From Microbacterium sp. (lineage in GTDB: Bacteria > Actinomycetota > Actinomycetes > Actinomycetales > Microbacteriaceae), in NCBI RefSeq assembly GCF_051953575.1, contig NZ_JBQCIP010000061.1, forward strand, positions 2,808 to 66,807: a stretch of DNA of 64,000 nt, given 5' to 3'. Positions 22,077 through 31,356 of this stretch are shown here, piece by piece. The notes under the pieces were generated by a model, which did no database searches, was not told the DNA's origin, and saw only the letters and a list, made by a program, of their open reading frames with translations. Numbering within the stretch: the first letter of the stretch is position 1; the number at the start of each line of letters is the position of its first letter. The position numbers and the translations under genes were made by a program.

Positions 22077-22987
22077 CCGGCACCACTCTCAAAGAGAGCC
22101 GCGTGCTCGCGCAGGAGCACCCGAAGCCCCGGCAGACGCGCAGGCGTCGCGGATGGCACACACGTACGAGGGCATGGCAGGTCGTGCTCTACGCGCTGCT
22201 TATCGCGCTCGCCCTGGTGTACATCTATCCGTTCCTGGTGCAGGTGGCGACCTCGTTCAAGACGGATGCCGAGGCCGCCGTCGATCCCGTCTCGCTGATC
22301 CCGCAGACCTGGTCGGTCGCCGCCTACGAACGCCTGTTCCTGCGCAGCGACTTCCCGGTGTGGTTCGCCAACTCCGCCGTGGTGACCGTCTGCGTCACGC
22401 TCGGCCGCGTGTTCTTCTGCTCGCTCGCCGGCTACGCGCTGGCGCGACTGAACTTCCGCGGACGCGGCGTCGTGTACGCCGCCGTGGTCGCGGTAATGGC
22501 GGTGCCGGCCGTCGTGCTCCTCATCCCGAAGTTCCTCGTCATCAACCAGCTCGGTCTGTACGACTCGTACGCGGGCATGATCCTGCCGCTCCTCGTGGAC
22601 GCGGCGGGCGTGTTCATCATGAAGAACTTCTTCGAGTCCATCCCGGCCTCGGTCGAGGAGCAGGCGCGCATCGACGGGGCAGGCACGTTCCGCCTGTTCT
22701 GGTCGGTCGTGCTGCCCATGGCCCGCCCCGCCCTGGTGACGATCATCATCCTGTCGTTCCAGGGATCGTGGAACGAGCTGTCGCACTTCATCGTGGCGAC
22801 CCAGTCGCCGGAGCTCACGACCCTGACCAAGGGTGTGGCCTCGCTCGCCTCCGGGCAGCTCAGCCAGGGCACCCAGTACCCCCTCAAGCTCGCCGCCGCA
22901 CTCATCATGACGATCCCCGTCGCCGTGATGTTCTTCGTGTTCCAGCGGCGAATCATGAACACCAGTGAAGGAGCCGTCAAGGAATGA
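22073..22987 (+). CDS. sugar ABC transporter permease (MalG-like)
   Basis: Contains EEQARIDGAGTFRLFWSVVLP (EAA loop). 4-nt overlaps with both neighbours. Confidence 0.9.
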   Translation: MTGTTLKESRVLAQEHPKPRQTRRRRGWHTRTRAWQVVLYALLIALALVYIYPFLVQVATSFKTDAEAAVDPVSLIPQTWSVAAYERLFLRSDFPVWFANSAVVTVCVTLGRVFFCSLAGYALARLNFRGRGVVYAAVVAVMAVPAVVLLIPKFLVINQLGLYDSYAGMILPLLVDAAGVFIMKNFFESIPASVEEQARIDGAGTFRLFWSVVLPMARPALVTIIILSFQGSWNELSHFIVATQSPELTTLTKGVASLASGQLSQGTQYPLKLAAALIMTIPVAVMFFVFQRRIMNTSEGAVKE

Positions 22988-24927
22988 ACAACGACGCAAC
23001 CGGCGCCCCGCCGTTGCAGCCACTGCTGAACGACGCCGTCATCGCGTTCCGAGCGCCGACCCAGTGGTGGTCGAGCCGCAGCGGCGATGCGGGAGCAGCT
23101 GCGATAGACGGGGTGTATCACGGTGACGTCCGCCACATCCGCGCGATCGAGCTGTCTTGTGCGCAGTCCCCGATCGAGTGGATCTCGACGGCACCCGACG
23201 GGCCCGCGCGCGTCGTGTTCGGGGGCCTGCTGCGCGGCGTCGACGACCACCTCCCCGACCCCAAGGTGCGCGTGATCCGCGACCGCCGGGTCGAGAGCGG
23301 CGTCGTCAGCGAGACACTCACGGTGGCCTCGCGCCTTCCCACGCCGGTGGAGACCTCGCTGACATTGCGCCTGCAGCCCGATTTCGCCTCGCTGCACGAC
23401 GTCAAGTCGGGAATCGCCGACACGCGCGACGTCCGTGTCGAGACGGCGGACGGCGCCACGACGGTCTCGAGCGGCGCCCAGTCGTTCGTGCTGCGCGCTC
23501 CCGGCGCGGAGCTCGTCGTCGATGACTCGGGTGCGCTCGTGGCCACGTGGCCGGTCGTCGTCGAGCCCGCGTCGACCACGAGCGTGACGTGGGAGATCGC
23601 GCTCGACGACACTCTCGTCGTGCGCCAGGCCGCGACGGCCGCGCCGTGGGACGCCCGCGCGCTGGCGGACGGCATCCGCCCGACCGACCCGCGCCTCGCC
23701 CGCTGGCTCGAGACCGCGCTTGGCGACCTCGACGCGCTGCGGCTGGCCCTGCCCGATCACCCGGAGGACGAGTTCTACGCCGCCGGCGCCCCCTGGTTCT
23801 TCACGCTGTTCGGGCGCGACTCGATCTGGGCGGCTCGCCTCGCGCTGTCGGTCGACACGCGGGTCGCGGCATCCACCCTCCGCGTGCTCGCGCGCCTGCA
23901 GGGCACCGTCGACGACGCGGAGACGGCGCAGGAGCCCGGCAAGATCCTCCATGAGCTGCGTTCCACGACGCTCGAGATCCCCGGCGAGGGGATCTCGCTG
24001 CCGCCGCTGTACTACGGCAGCGTCGACTCGACGGCGCTGTGGGTGTGCCTGCTCGGCGACGCCTGGCGGGGCGGGATGCCCGAAGCCGAGGTGCGGGAGC
24101 TCCTTCCGGCCCTCGTGCGTGCGCTGCGCTGGATCCTCGACGTCGGCGACAGCGACGGCGACGGGTTCCTCGACTACATCGACCGCACCGGCCGTGGCCT
24201 TGCCAACCAGGGCTGGAAGGACTCGGGCGACTCGATCCAGTGGCGCGACGGCACCCTGGCGACGGGGCCGATCGCGCTGTGCGAGGTGCAGGCGTACGCG
24301 TACGAGGCGGCGCTGGCAGGTGCCGATCTGCTCGAGGCGTTCGCGTCCGAGCCGCTCGGCGGCGATGCTCCCGCTCCCGCTGAACTGCGCGAGTGGGGGG
24401 CGGCGCTCCGCGAGCGCTTCGCCGCGACGTTCTGGATCACCACGCCCGAGGGGCGCTACCCCGCCGTCGCGCTGGACCGCGACAAGCGGCCTGTCGACAC
24501 CCTGACCAGCAACATCGGCCACCTCCTCGGCACGGGACTGCTCGACGCCGAGGACGAGGCCCGCGTCGCGGAGCTCCTCGTGGGCGCGTCGATGGCCAGC
24601 GGGTTCGGCATCCGCACCATGTCGGCGGATGCCGCCGGCTACTGGCCGCTGTCGTACCACGGCGGCAGCGTCTGGACCCACGACACCGCGATCTGCGCGC
24701 GCGGCATGGCGAAGGCCGGCCTGCGGGAACCCGCCCGCGTCGTCGTCGAGGGTCTCCTCGCGGCCGCGGAGGGCTTCTCGTACCGCGTTCCCGAGCTGCA
24801 CGCGGGCGACGCGTCCACCCAGACGCCGTCGCCGACGCCCTACCCGGCCGCGTGCCGCCCCCAGGCCTGGTCGGCCGCCGCGGCCGTCACGTGCCTGGAG
24901 ATCCTGAGCGACACGCACGCTCGCTGA
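22984..24927 (+). CDS. amylo-alpha-1,6-glucosidase / glycogen-debranching-enzyme-like (GDE_N_bis + GDE_C) protein
   Basis: 647 aa with APWFFTLFGRDSIWAARL, EPGKILHELR and LANQGWKDSGDS motifs typical of bacterial GDE_C proteins. Confidence 0.8.
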   Translation: MNNDATGAPPLQPLLNDAVIAFRAPTQWWSSRSGDAGAAAIDGVYHGDVRHIRAIELSCAQSPIEWISTAPDGPARVVFGGLLRGVDDHLPDPKVRVIRDRRVESGVVSETLTVASRLPTPVETSLTLRLQPDFASLHDVKSGIADTRDVRVETADGATTVSSGAQSFVLRAPGAELVVDDSGALVATWPVVVEPASTTSVTWEIALDDTLVVRQAATAAPWDARALADGIRPTDPRLARWLETALGDLDALRLALPDHPEDEFYAAGAPWFFTLFGRDSIWAARLALSVDTRVAASTLRVLARLQGTVDDAETAQEPGKILHELRSTTLEIPGEGISLPPLYYGSVDSTALWVCLLGDAWRGGMPEAEVRELLPALVRALRWILDVGDSDGDGFLDYIDRTGRGLANQGWKDSGDSIQWRDGTLATGPIALCEVQAYAYEAALAGADLLEAFASEPLGGDAPAPAELREWGAALRERFAATFWITTPEGRYPAVALDRDKRPVDTLTSNIGHLLGTGLLDAEDEARVAELLVGASMASGFGIRTMSADAAGYWPLSYHGGSVWTHDTAICARGMAKAGLREPARVVVEGLLAAAEGFSYRVPELHAGDASTQTPSPTPYPAACRPQAWSAAAAVTCLEILSDTHAR

Positions 24928-24940
24928 CACACCGAGAACG

Positions 24941-24974
24941 CCGCCCTGCCGACCCCTCCGGGTCGACAGGGCGG
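24941..24974 (+). terminator. terminator hairpin of the sugar operon
   Basis: ccgccctgccgaccc ctcc gggtcgacagggcgg, a 15-bp stem with one mismatch, 14 nt after the stop codon. Confidence 0.65.
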
Positions 24975-24975
24975 C

Positions 24976-25389
24976 GCCGCACTCCAACAAGACGGGCGGC
25001 TTGGTAACGCAGAACTGGGCGACCTTGTCGGTCTCAGCGCAGGCGGCGCACGCAAGCGTGTGATGCGACTGCAGAACCGTGGCATCCTGCAGGTCGTCGG
25101 CGTCACTGATCCGCTCCGGCTGGGTTATCAAAGCATGGCCATGATCGGCATCGTCGCCGACGGAGACGTCGAATCCGTGGCTTCAGCGCTCAACGACATC
25201 GAGAGCGTGATCTACGTCGTGCTCGCCGCCGGCCGATACGACCTGCTTGTCGAGGTAATCGCAACCGACCAGGAGTCGCTGTTCGCGTTGATCAACCAGC
25301 AGATCCGGGCGATTCCCGGCGTATCGCGGGCGGAGACGTTCACCTACTACGCGATTCGCACCCACCGGTTCGGTTGGGGCGCACCGTGA
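24976..25389 (+). pseudogene. Lrp/AsnC-family regulator lacking its first about 15 codons and any ATG/GTG start upstream of the HTH
   Basis: My in-frame reading upstream of ORF 25060..25389 gives ALQQDGRLGNAELGDLVGLSAGGARKRVMRLQNRGILQVVGV (HTH_AsnC), then the AsnC_trans_reg domain. The frame is open back to the TGA at 24925, but the only upstream sequence is the terminator hairpin. Confidence 0.6.
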
Positions 25390-25692
25390 GCGCCCCACTC
25401 CGCGGGCCATGGCTTCTCGCGGTGACGGCTGTCGGGCTACTGGTCGCTGCCGGTGCAGCCGGTGTTGACCAGGCCGCCGCTGGCGCCCACCGGCCGCTTC
25501 CCCAGCCGCTTGGCGCGCATGTGATGGGAACGCACTGAGCCTCGCTTCCACCCCCAACACTTCCGCATCGCGCACGAGTCTGACGTCGTAGGACTGACGC
25601 ACGCTCGGGACGAGTGCAGCCTCGCGCGTCCACTAAAAGTGACGATCCGCCATTTGAAACTACCTAAAACTCGTCGCGTTCGGATACATTTA

Positions 25693-25721
25693 CACATCCG
25701 ACAAACATCGACGTGGATGTG
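25693..25721. promoter_or_regulatory. inverted repeat CACATCC-N15-GGATGTG in an AT-rich stretch upstream of the IclR gene
   Basis: Read directly from the sequence. It ends 40 nt upstream of ATG 25761. Confidence 0.35.
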
Positions 25722-25760
25722 GACCCGAATGCCGCTCCGCGCCAAACCTAGGGGGGCCCC

Positions 25761-26543
25761 ATGGACGCGGCAACTCGAACGCGCGATGACCGGGCATCGG
25801 TCGACAAGGCCCTTAGCCTCCTAGTCGCATTCCGAGCGCAGACCCAGACCGGTGTCGGAGTCAGCGAACTGGCCCGACGTTCGGGGATGAGCAAGTCGAC
25901 AGCCCATCGGATCCTCGGAATGCTCGAGCGTAATCGGGCCGTCGAGCGGGCCGGGACGGCCTACCGCCTCGGGCCTGTCTTTGCAGAGATCGGCGCTCGA
26001 GTGGACTCCCCGATCCACGACGCGCTGCGTGACCTGCTCACGCCATACCTCGCGGACCTCTACCAGGCAACGCATCAGACCGTGCACCTCGCGGCGCTGC
26101 ACGGCACCGACGTCGTGTATCTCAACAAGCTCCACGGCCATCGATCGGTGCGCTCGCCGAGTCGGATCGGTGGCCGCATCCCGGCCTACTGCACAGCAGT
26201 CGGCAAGGTGCTGCTCGCCCACGACGCCGGCGCGATGGATGCAACCCTGGCCGGACCGCTCTCGCAATGGACTGCGAGGACCATCGTCGACCCTGAGCTC
26301 CTCGCGCGCGAGCTCGAGACTGTCCGCGAGCGGGGGGTCGCGGTCGATCGGGGCGAGCTCCTCGAAGACCTCCATTGCATCGCGGGTCCGGTCATGGGGC
26401 CGCGCGGACGACCGGTTGCCGCCTTCTCTGTCTCCTGCCCAGCGGGTGCGGATCCGACCAAGTACGCGGTCGAGCTCCGCCGGCTCTGCTACGCCGCAAG
26501 CAGGGCGCTTCAGACCTCCCGCACTCTGGCCGAGGCACGGTGA
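25761..26543 (+). CDS. IclR-family transcriptional regulator
   Basis: 260 aa with a winged HTH (VSELARRSGMSKSTAHRILGML) and an IclR effector domain. Confidence 0.9.
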   Translation: MDAATRTRDDRASVDKALSLLVAFRAQTQTGVGVSELARRSGMSKSTAHRILGMLERNRAVERAGTAYRLGPVFAEIGARVDSPIHDALRDLLTPYLADLYQATHQTVHLAALHGTDVVYLNKLHGHRSVRSPSRIGGRIPAYCTAVGKVLLAHDAGAMDATLAGPLSQWTARTIVDPELLARELETVRERGVAVDRGELLEDLHCIAGPVMGPRGRPVAAFSVSCPAGADPTKYAVELRRLCYAASRALQTSRTLAEAR

Positions 26544-26592
26544 GCGCGGTTCCTGGCCGACGTCCTTGCGGGCGTCGGCCAGGAACGGGACT

Positions 26593-27603
26593 TCAGCGAC
26601 CGCGCGCGGAGAGGTCGAGCGCGACATCCGCGATCATGTCCTCCTGCCCGCCGATGAGTCCGCGCGCGCCGACCTCCACGAGGATGTCGCGCGCATCGAG
26701 GCCGTAGTGCGCGGCAGCGGTCTCGGCGTGGCGCAGGAAGCTCGAGTAGGCGCCGGCGTAGCCGAGCGACAGGGTCTCGCGGTCGACCTGGACCGGCCTG
26801 TCGTGCAGCGGGCGCACGAGGTCGTCCGCGGCATCCTGCAGCGCGAAGAGATCCGCGCCCGTCTCCCAGCCCTGCAGGCGCGCGACGGCGACGAACGCCT
26901 CGATCGGCGTGTTGCCGGCTCCCGCACCGTGCCCGGCGAGCGACGCATCGACGCGACGCGCGCCGCCCTCCACAGCCACGACCGAGTTGGCGACGGCGAG
27001 GCTGAGGTTCTGATGCGCGTGGATGCCGATCTCGGTGCTCTCGTCGAGGACGTCCCGGTAGGCGCGCACGCGGTCGGCGACGCCGCTCATGGTGAGGCGT
27101 CCCGCCGAGTCCGTCACGTAGACGCAGCGGGCGCCGTAGGACTCCATGAGCTTCGCCTGCTTCGCGAGCGAGGCGGCATCGCTCAGATGCGACATCATGA
27201 GGAAGCCCGAGACATCCATCCCCCACTCGCGCGCAGCGGAGATGTGCTGCGCCGCGACGTCCGCCTCGGTGCAGTGCGTCGCGATGCGCACCGAGGTGAT
27301 GCCGAGCTCGAACGCCCTCCGCAGATCGCGCAAGGTCCCGATGCCGGGAAGCAGCAGCGTGGTCAGCACCGCTCGCTGCACGCGCGCCGCGACCGCTTCG
27401 ATCCACGCGGCGTCGGAGTGGGACCCGACGCCGTAGGTGAGGGAGCTGCCCGCCAGCCCGTCGCCATGGGCGATCTCGATCGCATCCACCCCCGCGTCGT
27501 CGAGTCGGCCCGCGATCTCGGCGGCGGCGGCGGGCGGGATCCGATGACGGATGGCGTGCATGCCGTCGCGCAGGGTGACGTCCTGCAGGTAGACGCGGGT
27601 CAT
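26593..27603 (-). CDS. 4-hydroxy-2-oxovalerate aldolase (DmpG/BphI-type)
   Basis: Starts [20 protein letters not shown]... (HMGL-like) and has the DmpG communication domain at the C-terminus. The 895-aa track ORF is a read-through artefact. Confidence 0.92.
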   Translation of the reverse strand: MTRVYLQDVTLRDGMHAIRHRIPPAAAAEIAGRLDDAGVDAIEIAHGDGLAGSSLTYGVGSHSDAAWIEAVAARVQRAVLTTLLLPGIGTLRDLRRAFELGITSVRIATHCTEADVAAQHISAAREWGMDVSGFLMMSHLSDAASLAKQAKLMESYGARCVYVTDSAGRLTMSGVADRVRAYRDVLDESTEIGIHAHQNLSLAVANSVVAVEGGARRVDASLAGHGAGAGNTPIEAFVAVARLQGWETGADLFALQDAADDLVRPLHDRPVQVDRETLSLGYAGAYSSFLRHAETAAAHYGLDARDILVEVGARGLIGGQEDMIADVALDLSARGR

Positions 27604-28556
27604 GGCGTGTGCTCCTTCGCGGGGTGCAGCGCGACCAGTCTCTCGGCGGCACGGAGCGCCGCGCTGGTCATGATGTCGAGGTTGCCGGCGTAGTCGGGCA
27701 GGTACATCGCGGCGCCGGCCACCTCGAGGAACACGGTCACCCGTGTGTAGCCGCCGGCGTCGACCCGTTCCGCGGGAAGGAGCGCGTCGAGCTCTCCGCC
27801 CTGGTCGAGGAACTGCACGTCCTGCTTGAGCCGGTAACCCGGCACGAAGCCCGCGACCTCCGCCACCTGGGCGGCGACCGCCTCTTCGACGCGTGCGCGG
27901 GTGGCGGCATCCAGTCGCGAGGTGACGACCTGCACGGTGTCGCGCATGATCATCGGCGGCTCCGCGGGGTTCAGCACGATGATCGCCTTCCCGCGCGCCG
28001 CGCCTCCGACCTGTTCGATGGCCGCCGCCGTGGTCTCGGTGAACTCGTCGATGTTGGCCCGGGTGCCGGGGCCGGCCGAACGCGAGGCGATGGATGCCAC
28101 GATCTCGGCGTAGTGGACGGGTGCGACCCGTGCGATGGCGGCGACGATCGGGATCGTGGCCTGCCCGCCGCACGTGACCATGTTGATGTCGTCTTCGCCG
28201 GCGTGCGCGTCGAGGTTGACGGAGGGGACCACGTACGGCCCGATCGCCGCAGGCGTCAGGTCGACCAGCCGCTTTCCCAGCGGCCGCAGCCGTTCGGCGT
28301 TCACCCGGTGCGCGCCGGCGCTGGTCGCGTCGAAGACGATGTCGATGTCGTCGAACTGGGGGCTCGCGACGAGCCCCTCCACCCCGTCGTGCGTGGTCTC
28401 GATGCCGAGGCGCGCGGCCCGGGCGAGACCGTCGGAGTCGGGGTCGATGCCCACCAGCACCGCCATCTCGAGCCGGTCCGACAGCCTCATCACCTTGAAC
28501 ATGAGATCGGTGCCGATGTTGCCGGACCCGATGATGGCGACCTTCGTCTTGTGCAT
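27600..28556 (-). CDS. acetaldehyde dehydrogenase (acetylating) (DmpF/BphJ-type)
   Basis: Contains [13 protein letters not shown] and the catalytic Cys context [16 protein letters not shown] overlap with the aldolase. AAGGAG lies upstream. Confidence 0.92.
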   Translation of the reverse strand: MHKTKVAIIGSGNIGTDLMFKVMRLSDRLEMAVLVGIDPDSDGLARAARLGIETTHDGVEGLVASPQFDDIDIVFDATSAGAHRVNAERLRPLGKRLVDLTPAAIGPYVVPSVNLDAHAGEDDINMVTCGGQATIPIVAAIARVAPVHYAEIVASIASRSAGPGTRANIDEFTETTAAAIEQVGGAARGKAIIVLNPAEPPMIMRDTVQVVTSRLDAATRARVEEAVAAQVAEVAGFVPGYRLKQDVQFLDQGGELDALLPAERVDAGGYTRVTVFLEVAGAAMYLPDYAGNLDIMTSAALRAAERLVALHPAKEHTP

Positions 28557-28559
28557 GGA

Positions 28560-28946
28560 CTACTCCTTCAGCGGGATGTCGTCGAGGACGTGGGGCTGCG
28601 CGAGGACCCAGCCGGGCTCGCGCACCAGCAGCGAGCGCCCGCCGGCGCGGATCTCGACGTCGACGACGTATCGAAACCCGGCGTCCTCGGCCCGGGAGAT
28701 CTCGTCGAGATCCCCCTCGGTCACGGCGAGGATGACGCGGCGGCAGCGGGGATCGACGGCGAGGGCGCTCTCGGCGGCCGCCGCCAGCTGTGCGGCGGAG
28801 GCCTCGCCCGTCACGAGCAGCTCCTGGTCGTGGCTGCCCGCGGGGTAGGCGTCGACGAGGTCGCCGTCGCGCGCCCGGCGCACGCGGATCGCGGCGCGGG
28901 GGGCGTCGTCGGGCGACGGATGCCGGGGGGCGGGCTGCGCGCTCAC
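28560..28946 (-). CDS. small GNAT-like (IucB/MbtK acetyltransferase-fold-like) protein of unknown role
   Basis: 128 codons from GTG 28946, with a GTGA overlap on the upstream stop. The C-terminal part [44 protein letters not shown] resembles Acetyltransf_8 proteins. Confidence 0.5.
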   Translation of the reverse strand: MSAQPAPRHPSPDDAPRAAIRVRRARDGDLVDAYPAGSHDQELLVTGEASAAQLAAAAESALAVDPRCRRVILAVTEGDLDEISRAEDAGFRYVVDVEIRAGGRSLLVREPGWVLAQPHVLDDIPLKE

Positions 28947-29791
28947 AGCGCGTCGCCTCCCGCCGCGGTGGCGAACCCGCGCACGCCGATGCCGCCGTCC
29001 GCGTTGACGATCGCGCCCGTGACGACCCCGGCGTTGCGCGCGGAGGCCAGCAGTACGTACGGCCCGGTGGAGTCGTCGGGATCGGTGCTGGCGTCGTGCA
29101 GCGGGATCCACATGTTCGCCCCGGCGGCGCCGGACGCCTCCCGTCGCGCGAACGAGTCCGCGATGGTGCGGTCGGCCAGCCCGCCAGCCTCGGGTCCGCG
29201 CAGGTCGGTGCGGAGCCCGCCGATCGCGACGCCGTTGACCCGCACGCGGGGCGCCAGCTCGTAGGCGAGCTGGGCGACAAGCCCCCGCGCGGCGTGCTTC
29301 GCCGCGGTGTACACCGGACCGCCGCCGGCGACGTGGAACGAGGCGTTGGAGAGCGTCATCACGACGTTGCCGCGCGACGACACCAGCTCGCGCCACGAGG
29401 CCGCGACGGTGAGGAGGTATCCGGTGACGTTGACCGCGAAGATCTCCTCGCTCATCGCCGCCAGCTGCGCCGGCGGCGTGGCGGTCACGGAGCGCTGGAA
29501 GTCCCACAGGCCCGCGTTGGGCACCACGATGTCGAGCTTGCCGAACCGCGCCACGGTCGCCGCGACCGCCGCCTCGAGATCCGCCGGGCTGCGAACGTCG
29601 CCGGCGACCGGGAGCACGCGCTCCCGGTGCTCCCCCGCCCCCTCGACGGTCGCGCGCAGCCGCTCCGCGTCGCGATCGAACACCACCACGCCCGCCGCGC
29701 CCTCGCGGAGGAAGCGCAGCGCGACGGCCCTGCCGATGCCCGAGCCCGCGCCCGTCACCAGGGCGACGTCGTGCTCCAGCCAGCCGGTCAT
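28943..29791 (-). CDS. cis-dihydrodiol dehydrogenase (BphB/HcaB-type SDR)
   Basis: Contains [13 protein letters not shown] and YTAAKHA (YxxxK), with overall BphB-like length and motifs. Confidence 0.88.
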   Translation of the reverse strand: MTGWLEHDVALVTGAGSGIGRAVALRFLREGAAGVVVFDRDAERLRATVEGAGEHRERVLPVAGDVRSPADLEAAVAATVARFGKLDIVVPNAGLWDFQRSVTATPPAQLAAMSEEIFAVNVTGYLLTVAASWRELVSSRGNVVMTLSNASFHVAGGGPVYTAAKHAARGLVAQLAYELAPRVRVNGVAIGGLRTDLRGPEAGGLADRTIADSFARREASGAAGANMWIPLHDASTDPDDSTGPYVLLASARNAGVVTGAIVNADGGIGVRGFATAAGGDAL

Positions 29792-30630
29792 GCGTCGAGG
29801 AAGCCGCGGACGAGCTGCTCGAACTCGTCTTTCTTCTCCACCTGCACCCAGTGCCCGCAGCCTCCGAACACGTGCAGCTGCACGTCACGGATCTGCTTCA
29901 GCATGAGCCAGGCGCCGTCGAGGGTGATGGTGCGGTCATCGCGTCCCCACACCAGCAGCGTGCGCGCCGTGATCCGGTCGAGGTCCTTCCAGAGCGCATC
30001 CATCCCGCCACGACGCGCGAAGGCGGCGTTGTAGCGGTGGTAGAACTCGACGTGCGAAGGATCGAGGGATGCCTCGTAGCGCTGACGGATGCTCGCCTCG
30101 TCGAACTGCCGCGCATCGGCGACCATGGTGCGCACGAAGCTCTTCATCTTGGCGACGGTGGGCCCCTCGCCGTTGTAGTAGCGGAACATCTCCTTCTGCC
30201 CCTCCGTCGGGGTCGGCCCGAGGGGCACCCACCCTCCCCCGGGCGCCATCAGGACGAGCCGGGCGACGCGCTCGGGCTGTGCGATGGCCATCGCCAGCGC
30301 GGCGGCGCCGCCGAGGGAGTTACCCAGCAGCGAGAACCGCTCGACGTCGAGGGCGGCGAGCGTCTGGAACAGCGCATCCGCGGTGATCTCGGTGATCGAC
30401 CGCTCTTCGAGGGCCGCCTCGTCCGGCCGGTAGCTCGCTCCGAACCCCGGCTGATCGGGCAGAATCAGCCGATAGCCGTCGAACGCCGCGAGGTTGTCGC
30501 GGTAGTTCGCCAGCGCGCTCGCGCCCGGCCCGCCGCCGTGCAGGAGCACGAGCGGTTCGCCGTCGCCGACGGTCGTCACCGAGACGTCCCCGAGGGTGGT
30601 CTCGATCTGCCGTGTGAGGTGCTCGGTCAT
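29788..30630 (-). CDS. meta-cleavage product hydrolase (BphD/MhpC-type alpha/beta hydrolase)
   Basis: Contains HGGGPG, nucleophile GNSLGG and C-terminal GHWVQ. Confidence 0.88.
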   Translation of the reverse strand: MTEHLTRQIETTLGDVSVTTVGDGEPLVLLHGGGPGASALANYRDNLAAFDGYRLILPDQPGFGASYRPDEAALEERSITEITADALFQTLAALDVERFSLLGNSLGGAAALAMAIAQPERVARLVLMAPGGGWVPLGPTPTEGQKEMFRYYNGEGPTVAKMKSFVRTMVADARQFDEASIRQRYEASLDPSHVEFYHRYNAAFARRGGMDALWKDLDRITARTLLVWGRDDRTITLDGAWLMLKQIRDVQLHVFGGCGHWVQVEKKDEFEQLVRGFLDA

Positions 30631-30652
30631 GCGCTATTCCCGTCGATCGCGT

Positions 30653-31249
30653 TCAGAAGAAGGTGCTGATGTTCTTCATCAGCAGCACGTTCTGCTCGAG
30701 CAGAATCGTGCGATGGACCACCTCGTAGCCGTGGATCCCGCTCCGCCGGAGCACATCGGTGCGCCCGCCGGCGTAGACGTCGACCTCGGTGTGCAGGCGG
30801 TTGCGATAAACCAGGAAGGCGCTGCGCGCCGACAGCAGCCCGTCGGACCGCTCGCGCACGGTCACGTTGGAGACCAGGTGCCGGGTGCGGCTGGGCGGGT
30901 CCTCGGCCCACGCCATCCCGGAGTCGTAGCGGCGAATCCGCCAGGCGAGCGACTCCTTCGTCTCGTCGTAGAACGCCGACTCGCCCCGGGCGGCGATCGA
31001 CAGCGCCTGCTGCCGGCGCAGCCGGTTGCTGCGGATCGGAGCCCAGTACTGGAGGTCTTCCGCCAGCATCTCCAGCCAGTCGGCGAACCGGCCGTCGTCG
31101 AGCAGCTCCGCCTCGAGGAAGTAGAACTGCCCGACCTCGAAGTGCGTCTGCGGGTCTGCGAGCTCCCCGGGCGGGAGGTCGGCCACGGCGGCCGGTGCGG
31201 ACGATGTCGCGCCGTTGAGCGTCTGGGGGTTCAGATGCGTGTCGGACAT
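30653..31249 (-). CDS. aromatic ring-hydroxylating dioxygenase beta subunit
   Basis: ORF 30653..31360 trimmed to MSDTHLNPQ.... Contains FYFLEAELLDDGRFADWLEMLAEDLQYWAP and SNVTV, typical of the Ring_hydroxyl_B family. Confidence 0.88.
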   Translation of the reverse strand: MSDTHLNPQTLNGATSSAPAAVADLPPGELADPQTHFEVGQFYFLEAELLDDGRFADWLEMLAEDLQYWAPIRSNRLRRQQALSIAARGESAFYDETKESLAWRIRRYDSGMAWAEDPPSRTRHLVSNVTVRERSDGLLSARSAFLVYRNRLHTEVDVYAGGRTDVLRRSGIHGYEVVHRTILLEQNVLLMKNISTFF

Positions 31250-31300
31250 GGATCCATCCCACCTGCCCGGACCCGACGGGGTCCATCGGCCGTTCCGAGC

Positions 31301-31345
31301 CACGGCACGGCACGGCACGGCATGGCTCGGCACGCCATGGCACGA
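31301..31345. repeat. pentanucleotide tandem repeat (CACGG)4 plus about 5 degenerate units, in the intergenic region between the reductase and beta-subunit genes
   Basis: Read directly from the sequence: cacggcacggcacggcacggcatggctcggcacgccatggcacga. Confidence 0.85.
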
Positions 31346-31356
31346 CAGCGGGGCGG

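Noticed and set aside
26593-29280. 895-aa minus-strand ORF that seems to fuse the aldolase with upstream sequence. ORFs 28560..29888, 31357..32745, 50702..53293 and 35085..36593 show the same pattern.
   Set aside because: These are read-through of out-of-frame upstream genes. The real genes start at internal ATG/GTG codons that overlap the preceding stop (ATGA/GTGA), and only the C-terminal parts show family motifs.
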